DNA of 64,000 bases, taken from positions 17,982-81,981 of the forward strand of contig DUMS01000018.1 of assembly GCA_012839745.1 (NCBI GenBank). Direction: 5' to 3'. Within the stretch, counting starts at the first letter, position 1; each line of letters starts with the position of its first letter. The notes below the pieces were generated by a model. It ran no database searches, was not told where the DNA came from, and saw nothing but the letters and a program-made list of their open reading frames with translations. Both the position numbers and the translations under genes were made by a program. Origin of the DNA: Tissierellia bacterium (lineage in GTDB: Bacteria > Bacillota > Clostridia > Tissierellales > Tepidimicrobiaceae). Positions 8,901-16,920 of the stretch are shown here, in pieces.

Positions 8901-10809
8901 AATATACCTAGAACTTGAGTTGAGAAGGTATGTAGGGTATGAGGAACAGATAATATACGATGACGGAACTGCAGAAAACAGATTGGTATCCTACTTATCT
9001 GGTTATCCAGTAGGATTAGCAGTCAGGTTTACTCCAGAAAAACCAGGATTGGTCAAAGGGTTAAATATATATTTGTGGGACGAAAGCTTTCCAACACCAG
9101 GTGGCAACAGGCTAGGATTTGCTATTTACGATATTCTGGAGGATGGAACAGCGGTACAAATAGGAGAACCAGTATTTAGAGATGACCTGGTAAGAGGAGC
9201 ATGGAACTATATAGACCTTACAAGCATTGGCTTTATAGCTGATGGAGACTTTTACATTTCAACAGTAGAAGATATGCCCTACAATTACGTGCCTGCCACA
9301 GGCATAGATACATCATCAAAGCATAATGATAGGATGTACCTAAATGTAAGAGGCAGCTTTGTATCCCTGGAAGGTGTTTATGAGGGCTGTTTCATGATGA
9401 GGGCAGTCATGAAATACGAAGTATCCATACCAGAAATAACTAACCTGGCTGAATTAAACTACACTAACCAGGATTCAATAACAGTGGAAGGAACAGTATC
9501 AAAGGATGCAGTAGTTAATGTATATGTAAATGGTGAAAAGTCAGCTAGTGCAGAAACAAAAGGTCTGAGATTTGCAATAGATGTGGATTTGCCACAGGAG
9601 AGAAATGAAATAATGGCAACCCTAGAAATAGGAGGTATGGAAACTGAACCTTCACCTAAGGTAGTGGTAATAAAGGATCAGGCACTGCCAACCTTAACTG
9701 TTATAGCTCCAGAAGATGGATTGCATATTAACAATGAGTCGGTAGAAGTGGCCGGGAATGTAGTGGACAACTACGGAATAGCAGAGCTAATAGTAAAAGG
9801 TGAATCAGTTCCAGTAGATGAAGAAGGGAACTTCAGGATAAAAGTGCTGGTAGATGAAGGGGAGAATACAATTGAAATAAGGGCAATAGATTTTGCAGGA
9901 AATGAAACAATAGTACAAAGAAGGGTATATGTTGAGCTGGAAGCCCCAGGGATAACAAATATCCAGCCAGATGAGGATATTACTTTAACAGCAGGAGATG
10001 TGTTAACTGTTAGCTTCAATGGTCCACCAGGCGGTGAAGGGTACTTTAATGTGATCCTCCCCTTTGGAACCATGGCAGAAAGCATAGGTTTGCCAATGGA
10101 AGAAGTTGAAGAAGGGCTATATGTAGGTACCTGGACTGCACCAGAGGGAATGGAAGCATATGATATGCCAGTAGAAGTGATATACATCAGCCCATATGGA
10201 AATATGTTAAGAAGGGTAGCAGAAGGCAGGGTAACTGTTATACCAGGAGAAGAAGAAATTCCAGAGATAACCAATATAGAGCCCAGCCAGGATGTGGAAT
10301 TATACGCAGGAGATGTGCTGACAGTCAGCTTCAATGCACCAGAAGGAGGAGAAGGATACTTTAGGCTGATTTTACCTCTAGGCAGCAATCCACAAAGCAT
10401 TGGAGTTCCAATGGATGAAGTAGAAGCTGGATTCTATATAGGTACCTGGACTGTACCAGAAGGGTTTGTAGCTACAGGCTTACAGGTAGAAGTCATATTC
10501 ATAGGCAGGGATGGAACTAGGCTGTCAGCTATAGCAGAAGGAAGGGTTACAATAATAGGGAATATGGAAGATTTGCCAGCAAATACTGTGATAGTAAATG
10601 ATAAGGCCTTTGATATCAATTATCTTAACAACAGCCCTGAAGCCCAAAGCCTGCTTATCCAGTGGATTAATGCAGGAAATATGGTATTTATCAAATTAGA
10701 AGGGGATACAATAGTGGACATGTATGGCCAATTGGTTGATTTGGATTTATTGCCACCAGTGGTATACTTCTACTTCAGCAGCGGGAATATAGGAATATTT
10801 TCCAGATAA
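5959..10809 (+). CDS. Secreted multidomain protein, 1616 aa; paralog of the non-catalytic region of the upstream S8 protease (no peptidase domain)
   Basis: Signal peptide ending SFAYA/EG and RBS AAAGGAGGG. Colinear identity blocks with ORF 535-5877 start at GK.LVEGEDLED: QPEGK.YWYLIPMDR.SGNHKDGIY, GVDPEPYEG, SGEKLWATKL, YDDGTAEN, PGGNRLGF, NYTNQDSITVEGTV, AEGRVTIIGNM, FDINYLN. No D/H/S subtilase motifs. Confidence 0.85.
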   Translation: MLKRGNIKQILSVLVAVAMILGSLSSFAYAEGTHRNPTPEGGFKPFQIVNWQEDGKQKIYLDEAGTGYVEGKLLVEGEDLEDAVIIHEQKVEEAYLGSTIEVEARVMDDVSVTEVELLVQPEGKTYWYLIPMDRVSGNHKDGIYKGTISSDMISGNSIRYRIRARDFSGEATITPDYIIRIIFGVKPGEYVQGFEDMAIGWVFNGDWSFGKAVSGVDPEPYEGEGLAGTVLGGNYRSNARDWMITPPIDLRDATLEEATIRFHHWYNIETNYDNGFVYATNDYGQTWNLIGGPYTGASQQWNEVVISLDEYIGSEEPVFVGFYFTSDNAVNRIGWYIDNVRIVGKDLEPPQSPENLTVSVSPTGIKLEWAHLSVGDLSHYNIYRSEVSGDGYVKIGETVENTFKDIDLVPNTTYYYVVTAEDLSGNESPYSVEVSAMAPEVVTLFFTDFEDDNGGFTTNGTNNCWEWGVPTSGPNAAYSGEKLWATKLNGDYNYNFDGYIESPPIEIPEDKLPYLIFTHWYNTENRYDYGNVQVSSDGGQTWQIVSPNYTNVSNGWITEEIALNQYVGTTIKIRFFFHSDMTQVRAGWYIDDVTVKAMGYTLPEEEVLKYDDGTAENATTMNQAGYGLAVRFTPTLYGKLTGADIYLWGNDWPQPGGNRLGFAVYEVREDGRIAKVGETIYVDNLTRGGWNHIDLSQLNFFTDKDFYISTIQDREGSYVPGTGIDENSPYGSRSYANIIGQMQPFSSLGGSGAVMIRAHMNYTFTPEEGSRPQVELVEEINVDDREVLQFAYGEPDGENRDDSVIPEPDYKIIDETNPEYEIVYDEEIENIPMSRGFGIPVDEATITVLETGTVVNPSPVNGEYRIALSEGTYTLRAESYGYIEQEIVVEVRAGEVTEQSFFLPLKPRNTIRGRIFDRYSKGPVVNALVRLVEDNRVQPVTTDDEGTFVMPNVLIGTYTLKVTSGNYEPAEFTVVVEEEEEIYLELELRRYVGYEEQIIYDDGTAENRLVSYLSGYPVGLAVRFTPEKPGLVKGLNIYLWDESFPTPGGNRLGFAIYDILEDGTAVQIGEPVFRDDLVRGAWNYIDLTSIGFIADGDFYISTVEDMPYNYVPATGIDTSSKHNDRMYLNVRGSFVSLEGVYEGCFMMRAVMKYEVSIPEITNLAELNYTNQDSITVEGTVSKDAVVNVYVNGEKSASAETKGLRFAIDVDLPQERNEIMATLEIGGMETEPSPKVVVIKDQALPTLTVIAPEDGLHINNESVEVAGNVVDNYGIAELIVKGESVPVDEEGNFRIKVLVDEGENTIEIRAIDFAGNETIVQRRVYVELEAPGITNIQPDEDITLTAGDVLTVSFNGPPGGEGYFNVILPFGTMAESIGLPMEEVEEGLYVGTWTAPEGMEAYDMPVEVIYISPYGNMLRRVAEGRVTVIPGEEEIPEITNIEPSQDVELYAGDVLTVSFNAPEGGEGYFRLILPLGSNPQSIGVPMDEVEAGFYIGTWTVPEGFVATGLQVEVIFIGRDGTRLSAIAEGRVTIIGNMEDLPANTVIVNDKAFDINYLNNSPEAQSLLIQWINAGNMVFIKLEGDTIVDMYGQLVDLDLLPPVVYFYFSSGNIGIFSR

Positions 10810-10829
10810 ACAGGCTTTATGTCAATATT

Positions 10830-10870
10830 TGGGGTGGGATTATTTTCAATCCCGCTCCATTACTATTTTA
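10830..10870 (+). terminator. Candidate intrinsic terminator of the two-gene cassette
   Basis: 12-bp stem (2 G-U pairs) TGGGGTGGGATT/AATCCCGCTCCA with a 6-nt loop, followed by T-rich TTACTATTTTA. Confidence 0.45.
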
Positions 10871-10920
10871 GAGTCTACTTAATAAACCTGTTCAATCCAC
10901 TTAACAAGTTCTGTACATTT

Positions 10921-10977
10921 GCATTTTATTTTTTGGGAAAAATGTTGGAGTACATTTTTGCACTCCAACATTTATTA
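10921..10977 (-). repeat. 57-bp repeat, copy B; works as the intrinsic terminator of the minus-strand ABC operon
   Basis: On the minus strand, 8 nt after the permease stop codon: TGTTGGAGTGCA-AAAA-TGTACTCCAACA (12-bp stem with one G-U pair, tetraloop), then TTTTT. 55/57 identical to 279-335. Confidence 0.8.
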
Positions 10978-10984
10978 TAGACCC

Positions 10985-11791
10985 TTATTGATTCCACTTA
11001 GTAAACTTATTCTCCACCATGGAGACTATCTTGTACATGATTACTGAAATTATGGCAAGTATGAATACTCCCATCATAATCAGGTCAAACTGGAATACCT
11101 GGCTGCCATAGACCAGCAGCCACCCTATTCCTGCCCTGGATACGAGGAATTCCCCCACTATTACTCCTACCCATGATAAGCCTATATTCACCTTCAAGGT
11201 GCTTATCATATCGGGAATTGAATGAGGAAACACTACTTTCTTGAATATCTGATATTTTGTTGCTCCAAAGGTTTTGAGGAGCTTTATCTTATCTTCGTCG
11301 ACAGATATAAAGCTGTTGAACATATTCATGATGGTGATGACTACTGAAACAGAAATTGCAGTGACTATTATTCCGTCATATCCTGTTCCAATCCATATTA
11401 TGATAATTGGTGCCAGTGCTGTTTTAGGCAGGCTGTTTAACACCACCAGATAGGGTTCAAATACCTTTGCAAGAAAATCCGACCACCAAAGCCCTATTGC
11501 AACCAGCACTCCAAGAAATGTGCCGGCTGTAAACCCTACGATGTTTTCAAAAACTGATATTCCCACATGATAGGCAAGGTTTCCCGTTCTTATCATCTTC
11601 AAAAAAGTGTTCCATATGTTGGAAGGGCTGCTTGTAAGGAATGTATCTATCAGGGACAACCTGGCTGCTGTTTCCCAAAATATCAACCCGAAAACAAATA
11701 TGGATATCTGGGTTATGAGTATTATCTTTTTTCTCCTTTTTATCTTCTGAAGAAAACTCTTATGCTCCTTTGAAACTTCATTATCATACAT
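10985..11791 (-). CDS. ABC transporter permease, NitT/TauT (nitrate/sulfonate/bicarbonate) family
   Basis: Six-TM BPD-transport-type sequence with SLPKTALAPIIIIWIGTG and EFLVSRAGIGW. I prefer ATG 11791 (MYDNEV), which overlaps the ATPase stop by 8 nt (ATGTATGA). The track ORF extends to 11848. Confidence 0.85.
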   Translation of the reverse strand: MYDNEVSKEHKSFLQKIKRRKKIILITQISIFVFGLIFWETAARLSLIDTFLTSSPSNIWNTFLKMIRTGNLAYHVGISVFENIVGFTAGTFLGVLVAIGLWWSDFLAKVFEPYLVVLNSLPKTALAPIIIIWIGTGYDGIIVTAISVSVVITIMNMFNSFISVDEDKIKLLKTFGATKYQIFKKVVFPHSIPDMISTLKVNIGLSWVGVIVGEFLVSRAGIGWLLVYGSQVFQFDLIMMGVFILAIISVIMYKIVSMVENKFTKWNQ

Positions 11792-12563
11792 GTATATCCA
11801 GCTCCTTCCATATTCTATTGAAATAATGCCTGAATTCTGGAGCTTCACGGCAGTTTATGGGGCTCCATTTGTTATTGGGGCATGTCAGATTTATATCGAT
11901 GATATCCTTGATTGTAGCAGGCCTGTTGCTGAGTATGATTATTCTGTCTGAAATAGATATGGCTTCAGCTATATCATGGGTAACCATAAGGGTTGTTATA
12001 TTCTCTTTCTTTAAAATGAGTCCGATTTCATCGGATATAGCCAGCCTCGTCTGATAATCCAGCGCAGAAAAGGGCTCATCTAAAAGCAAAAGCTCAGGCT
12101 CTACCATGAGGGTTCTTATCAGGGCAGCCCTCTGCCTCATTCCGCCAGACAGCTGCCTGGGATAGCTTTCCTTAAACTCTCCTAATCCGTAGGTTTCAAG
12201 CAGTCTTTCAGCTTTCTCAATGGCCTCCTTGTCTACCCTGTTCTGTATTTCCAGACCTAGCAGCACATTTTGAAGTATATTCCTCCATTCAAACAGGTGG
12301 TCCCTTTGAAACATGTATCCTATATTCTTTGATGGTTTGGTTACCTTTTTACCCTTTACTATTACTTCTCCGGATGAAGGTGCAATTAATCCGGATATAA
12401 TAGAAAGCAGTGTGGATTTACCACAGCCGCTAGGCCCAACAATGCCGATTATCTCTCCTTCATATACTTCAAAATCTATATTGCTAATGGCTTCAACCTC
12501 GCCATTTAGTGTGTGATATGTCATGCTTATATTTTTGACTTTCAAAACCGGGTTCTTACTCAT
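11784..12563 (-). CDS. ABC transporter ATP-binding protein, NitT/TauT family
   Basis: Walker A GPSGCGKST, signature LSGGMRQR, Walker B LLLLDEPFSALD. Start ATG 12563 (MSKNPVLKV) follows AAGGAGAG. The track ORF extends to 12659. Confidence 0.9.
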   Translation of the reverse strand: MSKNPVLKVKNISMTYHTLNGEVEAISNIDFEVYEGEIIGIVGPSGCGKSTLLSIISGLIAPSSGEVIVKGKKVTKPSKNIGYMFQRDHLFEWRNILQNVLLGLEIQNRVDKEAIEKAERLLETYGLGEFKESYPRQLSGGMRQRAALIRTLMVEPELLLLDEPFSALDYQTRLAISDEIGLILKKENITTLMVTHDIAEAISISDRIIILSNRPATIKDIIDINLTCPNNKWSPINCREAPEFRHYFNRIWKELDIHV

Positions 12564-12708
12564 AGGCAACTCTCCTTTTGCTGACAGATAGTCATACTTT
12601 ATAATATTCAGAAAAACAATTAATGTGATTGTATTGATAAGTTTTAAAAGCAAAATCATAAAAATAATGGTATAATAATAAAAGTATTCTAGAAGGAGGG
12701 AGTTAAAA

Positions 12709-13284
12709 TTGCATCAATATAAAGGGAAATTAATAGTACATACAGGATCAATGTTTTCAGGGAAAACATCCAGCCTGGAGAAGGATGTAAAGAGATTTAA
12801 TATAGCAGGATATAAGACTATTGCTTTTAAGCCGAGCATTGATAATAGATATAGGAAAAACGAAATAGTAACCCATGACCTTACTTCCATGGATTGCATA
12901 CTTGTAAATGATATAGACGAGCTTTTGGATTATGTAGATGAACTGGAACCCGATGTAATAGGAATTGATGAGGTTCAATTTCTTAAGGGACCGGTGGACA
13001 GGATTATATCAGGCATATATAAGCTTCTCAACAAGGATATAACCGTTGTAGTGGCAGGCCTTGACATGGACTATACAGGCACTCCCTTTGAGATAGTAAA
13101 GGAGCTTATGCCTATTGCAGATTATTTGTACAAGCACCATGCTGTCTGCATAAAGTGCGGAAACGATGCATGGGTCAGCCACAGGAAATCAAAGGATACG
13201 GAGCGAATTAAAATAGGTGCCATTAATGAATATGAGCCTTTATGCAGGAAATGCTTCCTGGAAGAAAAAAGCAAGACTGAATAG
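12709..13284 (+). CDS. tdk: Thymidine kinase
   Basis: P-loop GSMFSGKTSSL, IDEVQF, C-terminal Zn ribbon C.KCG...LCRKC. TTG start after GAAGGAGGG. Confidence 0.9.
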   Translation: MHQYKGKLIVHTGSMFSGKTSSLEKDVKRFNIAGYKTIAFKPSIDNRYRKNEIVTHDLTSMDCILVNDIDELLDYVDELEPDVIGIDEVQFLKGPVDRIISGIYKLLNKDITVVVAGLDMDYTGTPFEIVKELMPIADYLYKHHAVCIKCGNDAWVSHRKSKDTERIKIGAINEYEPLCRKCFLEEKSKTE

Positions 13285-13287
13285 GTA

Positions 13288-14148
13288 TTGGGGGGGGTTA
13301 GAGTGGAAGACTACTTTGTGGCAGAAAAAACAGCTATTAAGCCTTCGCCAAAGAGATTGCACAAGGAATGCGATGAAGACATATGGATACTGTTTAAAGG
13401 GAATAAAGCAGTTCTTTTTATTACTCAGGGTGGATACAGGTTTCCCAGGCTGGGAGATATAAAGAGGATCAATATTGAAATATCCAATATCCAGTGCATA
13501 GGCGAGCTTAAGGGATTAAACATTATGTGCGGTGAAGTTGAAAATGAAATTGAAAACAGTGAAATAGCATATATGGATTTGATGGCCATTGCAAACATGG
13601 GGAATGAGTTTATGTATACCCTTGCCAGCAAGGGAAGCCTATTTCTAAACTGGCTAAAGCTGAATAAGCACTGTGGAGTATGCGGCGCAAAAAACCATAT
13701 TAAAGACAGCTATACTGAAAGGGCACTGGTCTGCCCTAAATGCGGAAACATTACCTGGCCGAGGACATCTCCGGCAGTAATAGTAGCTGTTACAAAGGAG
13801 GATAAGCTTTTACTGGTGTATAATAAGCAGTTTCCTGAAAGGAAATACAGCGTCATAGCCGGATTTGTTGAATATGGGGAAACATTTGAGGAATGCGTAA
13901 AGAGAGAGGTATACGAAGAAACAGGCATAAGGGTTAAAAACATCAGGTATTTTGGCTCCCAGCCATGGCCTTTTCCAAACTCCATGATGGTGGGATTTAC
14001 TGCGGAATACATGGAAGGAGAACTGAGGCCTGATGGGGAGGAGATATTGTTTGCAGGCTGGTTTTCAAAGGATGAAGTAAGACAGAAGTACAGGGAATCA
14101 TTTAGCATAGGCTCTAAACTAATAGAGTGGTTTTTAAATAATTATTGA
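13288..14148 (+). CDS. nudC: NAD(+) diphosphatase (NADH pyrophosphatase), Nudix family
   Basis: Zn ribbon CGVCG...CPKCG, Nudix box GFVEYGETFEECVKREVYEETGI, NudC signature SQPWPFPNSMM. The start is uncertain: TTG 13288 or GTG 13303 after a G8 run. Confidence 0.85.
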   Translation: MGGVRVEDYFVAEKTAIKPSPKRLHKECDEDIWILFKGNKAVLFITQGGYRFPRLGDIKRINIEISNIQCIGELKGLNIMCGEVENEIENSEIAYMDLMAIANMGNEFMYTLASKGSLFLNWLKLNKHCGVCGAKNHIKDSYTERALVCPKCGNITWPRTSPAVIVAVTKEDKLLLVYNKQFPERKYSVIAGFVEYGETFEECVKREVYEETGIRVKNIRYFGSQPWPFPNSMMVGFTAEYMEGELRPDGEEILFAGWFSKDEVRQKYRESFSIGSKLIEWFLNNY

Positions 14149-14167
14149 TAAGTATGAGGTGGAGGTT

Positions 14168-16096
14168 ATGAAAAAGGCATACAGGACTATTTTTGTTCTG
14201 TTGATTTTATTCATTATGCTGGCTCCAGCAGCCTATTCACAGGAGGATAAAAGCATAACCATATTGTTTACCCATGATATGCATGATAACATGTATCCAT
14301 TTAAATTACTGGAAAATGGAGAGACCAGAGAGGTAGGAGGTTTTGCATATCTATATTCCGCCATTAAGAAGGAAAGAAAAAGGGACAGTGAGCTGTTGCT
14401 GGTAGATGCAGGGGACTTTTCAATGGGGACTCTTTTTCAGACCATATTTACAACGGATTCACCAGAGCTAAGAATGCTTGGCAGAATGGGATATGATGTG
14501 ACAACCTTCGGAAACCATGAGTTTGATTTCAGAACGGCAGGATTGGCAGAAAGCCTGAGGAGTGCAAAAGACAGCAATGACCCGCTGCCTGAAATTGTAG
14601 CATCCAATGTGGAGTTTCCTGTGGATGAAAAGGGCAAAATGAATGAAGAAGTGAAACAGCTGAAGGAAGCAATGGAATACTACGGAGTTAAGGAATATAC
14701 TATAGTTGAAAAGAAGGGCATAAAAATAGGAATTTTCGGGCTTATGGGGAAGAAAGCAGATTCATATGCTCCCTTAGCCCTGGTAGAGTTTACGGACCAG
14801 ATTGAAAGAGCAAAGGAAATGGTAAGAGTGCTTCAGGAGGAGGGAGCAGAGCTTATAGTCTGCCTATCCCATTCCGGAACAAGCGATAATAAGGATGAGT
14901 CGGAAGATGAGATACTGGCTAAGGAGGTTCCGGAAATAGACGTCATTATAAGCGGGCACACCCATACAACTTTGGAGGAGCCAATAATTGTAGGGGATAC
15001 TGTAATAGGCTCAGTTGGATACAGAGGAGTCAATCTGGGAGTAATAAGTGTTACAAAAACAGGGGAAGGAAAATGGAAGCTAAACAGGTATGAACTGATA
15101 CCCATTGACAGCAGCCTACCGGAGGATCAGACAATAAAGGAATATATAGATGGTTTCAGGGAAATAGTGCAAAAGAAGTATCTGGACAGATTCAACATGG
15201 AATTTGATGAAGTGCTGGCCTATTCACCTTTTGACTTTCCACCACACTCTGAGCTGGGGAAAAAGCATGATGAAAGCACTCTTGGCAACTTAATCAGCGA
15301 TTCCTTCATATATACTGTTAAGCTGGTAGAAGGAGAAAACTATGAGCCGGTTAGGGCTGCAGTAGTTCCCAAGGGGACCATCAGGTCATCCTTTGTAAAG
15401 GGAAATATTACAGTTTCCGATGTATTTAATGTAAGCAGCCTGGGTGTAGGGCCTGACAAGGTATCCGGATACCCATTGGTATCTGCATACCTGACAGGCA
15501 GGGAGCTTAAGGCAGTAGCTGAAGTAGATGCATCCATAACTCCTATAATGGATGTGGCCCAGCTGTATATATCAGGATTAAACTATACATTTAACCCTCA
15601 CAGGCTTATTTTCAATAAGGTTACGGATATTTACCTTACAGGTGAAGACGGGTTAAGGGAGGAAATAAAGGATGATGAACTGTACAGGATTGTTGCAGGG
15701 CTGTATTCTGCACAGATGCTTTCCGTTGTAGGAGAGAAATCCTTTGGGCTTCTGTCCATAGTTCCAAAGGACAAGTACGGGAATCCCATAGAGAACTTTG
15801 ACGACCATGTGATAACAGCAGATGGCCATGAAATTAAGGAATGGTGGGCATTGGCCACTTATCTGAAGTCCTTTGAAAAGGTAAAGGGCATTCCTCAGGT
15901 TCCCGATTATTACTCAAAAACACAGGGGAGGAAGGTAGTTGTAAACAGCAGAAATATAATTGAACTATTGAAGAATCCTAACAGTATTGCACTGATGATC
16001 TATGGAATTGTTCTGGTGCTAATCATTGCAATTGTATTTATAGTAATGGCAATAAGAAAGAGAAGAAGGAGAAGAAGAAGTAAGTATATATTTTAA
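14168..16096 (+). CDS. Membrane-anchored bifunctional metallophosphatase/5'-nucleotidase
   Basis: Signal peptide. Calcineurin-like motifs THDMHD, GDFSMGT, GNHEFD, SHSG, GHTH. A 5'-nucleotidase C-terminal domain, then a C-terminal TM helix and RKRRRRRRSK stop-transfer. ATG 14168 follows GAGGTGGAGG. Confidence 0.85.
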   Translation: MKKAYRTIFVLLILFIMLAPAAYSQEDKSITILFTHDMHDNMYPFKLLENGETREVGGFAYLYSAIKKERKRDSELLLVDAGDFSMGTLFQTIFTTDSPELRMLGRMGYDVTTFGNHEFDFRTAGLAESLRSAKDSNDPLPEIVASNVEFPVDEKGKMNEEVKQLKEAMEYYGVKEYTIVEKKGIKIGIFGLMGKKADSYAPLALVEFTDQIERAKEMVRVLQEEGAELIVCLSHSGTSDNKDESEDEILAKEVPEIDVIISGHTHTTLEEPIIVGDTVIGSVGYRGVNLGVISVTKTGEGKWKLNRYELIPIDSSLPEDQTIKEYIDGFREIVQKKYLDRFNMEFDEVLAYSPFDFPPHSELGKKHDESTLGNLISDSFIYTVKLVEGENYEPVRAAVVPKGTIRSSFVKGNITVSDVFNVSSLGVGPDKVSGYPLVSAYLTGRELKAVAEVDASITPIMDVAQLYISGLNYTFNPHRLIFNKVTDIYLTGEDGLREEIKDDELYRIVAGLYSAQMLSVVGEKSFGLLSIVPKDKYGNPIENFDDHVITADGHEIKEWWALATYLKSFEKVKGIPQVPDYYSKTQGRKVVVNSRNIIELLKNPNSIALMIYGIVLVLIIAIVFIVMAIRKRRRRRRSKYIF

Positions 16097-16098
16097 AG

Positions 16099-16134
16099 CA
16101 GGGATTGGCTTTTAAACCAGTCCCTGTAGTTTTA
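16099..16134 (+). terminator. Intrinsic terminator after the 5'-nucleotidase gene
   Basis: CAGGGATTGG - 8-nt loop - CCAGTCCCTG (10-bp stem, one G-U pair), then TAGTTTTA. Confidence 0.6.
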
Positions 16135-16282
16135 TATGTAAACATATACTGCAATATAAAAACTATATCTTTTATCTAATATAGGATATAATTATATTAG
16201 AAGGATATATTTGTAAACTGGATTTTCAATACTTATTTCATAGTTATTACTCTGCAGATTCTGATGTAGGGGAGGTTATTAC

Positions 16283-16708
16283 ATGAAGGACACTATTTCA
16301 AAGGCTAGGCTTTATGTATTGAAAAACAGCAAAAGTATAGTATTAGTTATTTTGCTTCTTATGTCAGTATTTTACAACATAAAGCTTAAAAGTGAATTAG
16401 ACAGGCTTATGGCAATCCGAAATATTAGAGGTACTTATCAGAATGAAAACATGCTTGATCCGGAATACTTTGTATTTTCAGATGGGGAATTCTATAGATA
16501 CAAGCAGTTCCAGCTATTAGACAAGGGAACTTATGAGAATATTTATGATAATGTATATATTATAAAAAGCCATAATATAGACGAATATATTGTATACAGT
16601 AATGATGAGTTTCATTTCTATGACAGGGCTAATGATTATGTTATAAAGTATTCCAAAATATCCAACGTTCCAACATATATAAATATCGATATAGATAACT
16701 ACAGATAA
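16283..16708 (+). CDS. Hypothetical N-terminally anchored small protein (141 aa)
   Basis: RBS GGGGAGG, one N-terminal hydrophobic helix, AT-rich, no motif I recognise. Confidence 0.5.
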   Translation: MKDTISKARLYVLKNSKSIVLVILLLMSVFYNIKLKSELDRLMAIRNIRGTYQNENMLDPEYFVFSDGEFYRYKQFQLLDKGTYENIYDNVYIIKSHNIDEYIVYSNDEFHFYDRANDYVIKYSKISNVPTYINIDIDNYR

Positions 16709-16729
16709 TGACCTCTTATCCAGATTAGC

Positions 16730-16757
16730 TTTACATAATATTTTAATATGGTATAAT
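16730..16757 (+). promoter_or_regulatory. Extended -10 promoter candidate with a long leader before the ATP-grasp gene
   Basis: TTTACA, 16 nt, TGgTATAAT (16749-16757). This leaves a leader of about 160 nt before ATG 16921. Confidence 0.5.
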
Positions 16758-16920
16758 ATGTATTAGAGTCCACATATTCCATATAACCATATCTATTTCT
16801 TTTCGAGTCATAAGCAAGTCCTTGTAAGCCCGACTTTTGTAGAAAAATTAATAGCAAACTTAATATTGCATTTGTTTTACAAAGGCATGTGTTGTCATGC
16901 CAAAAAAATACAAAGGGGGC

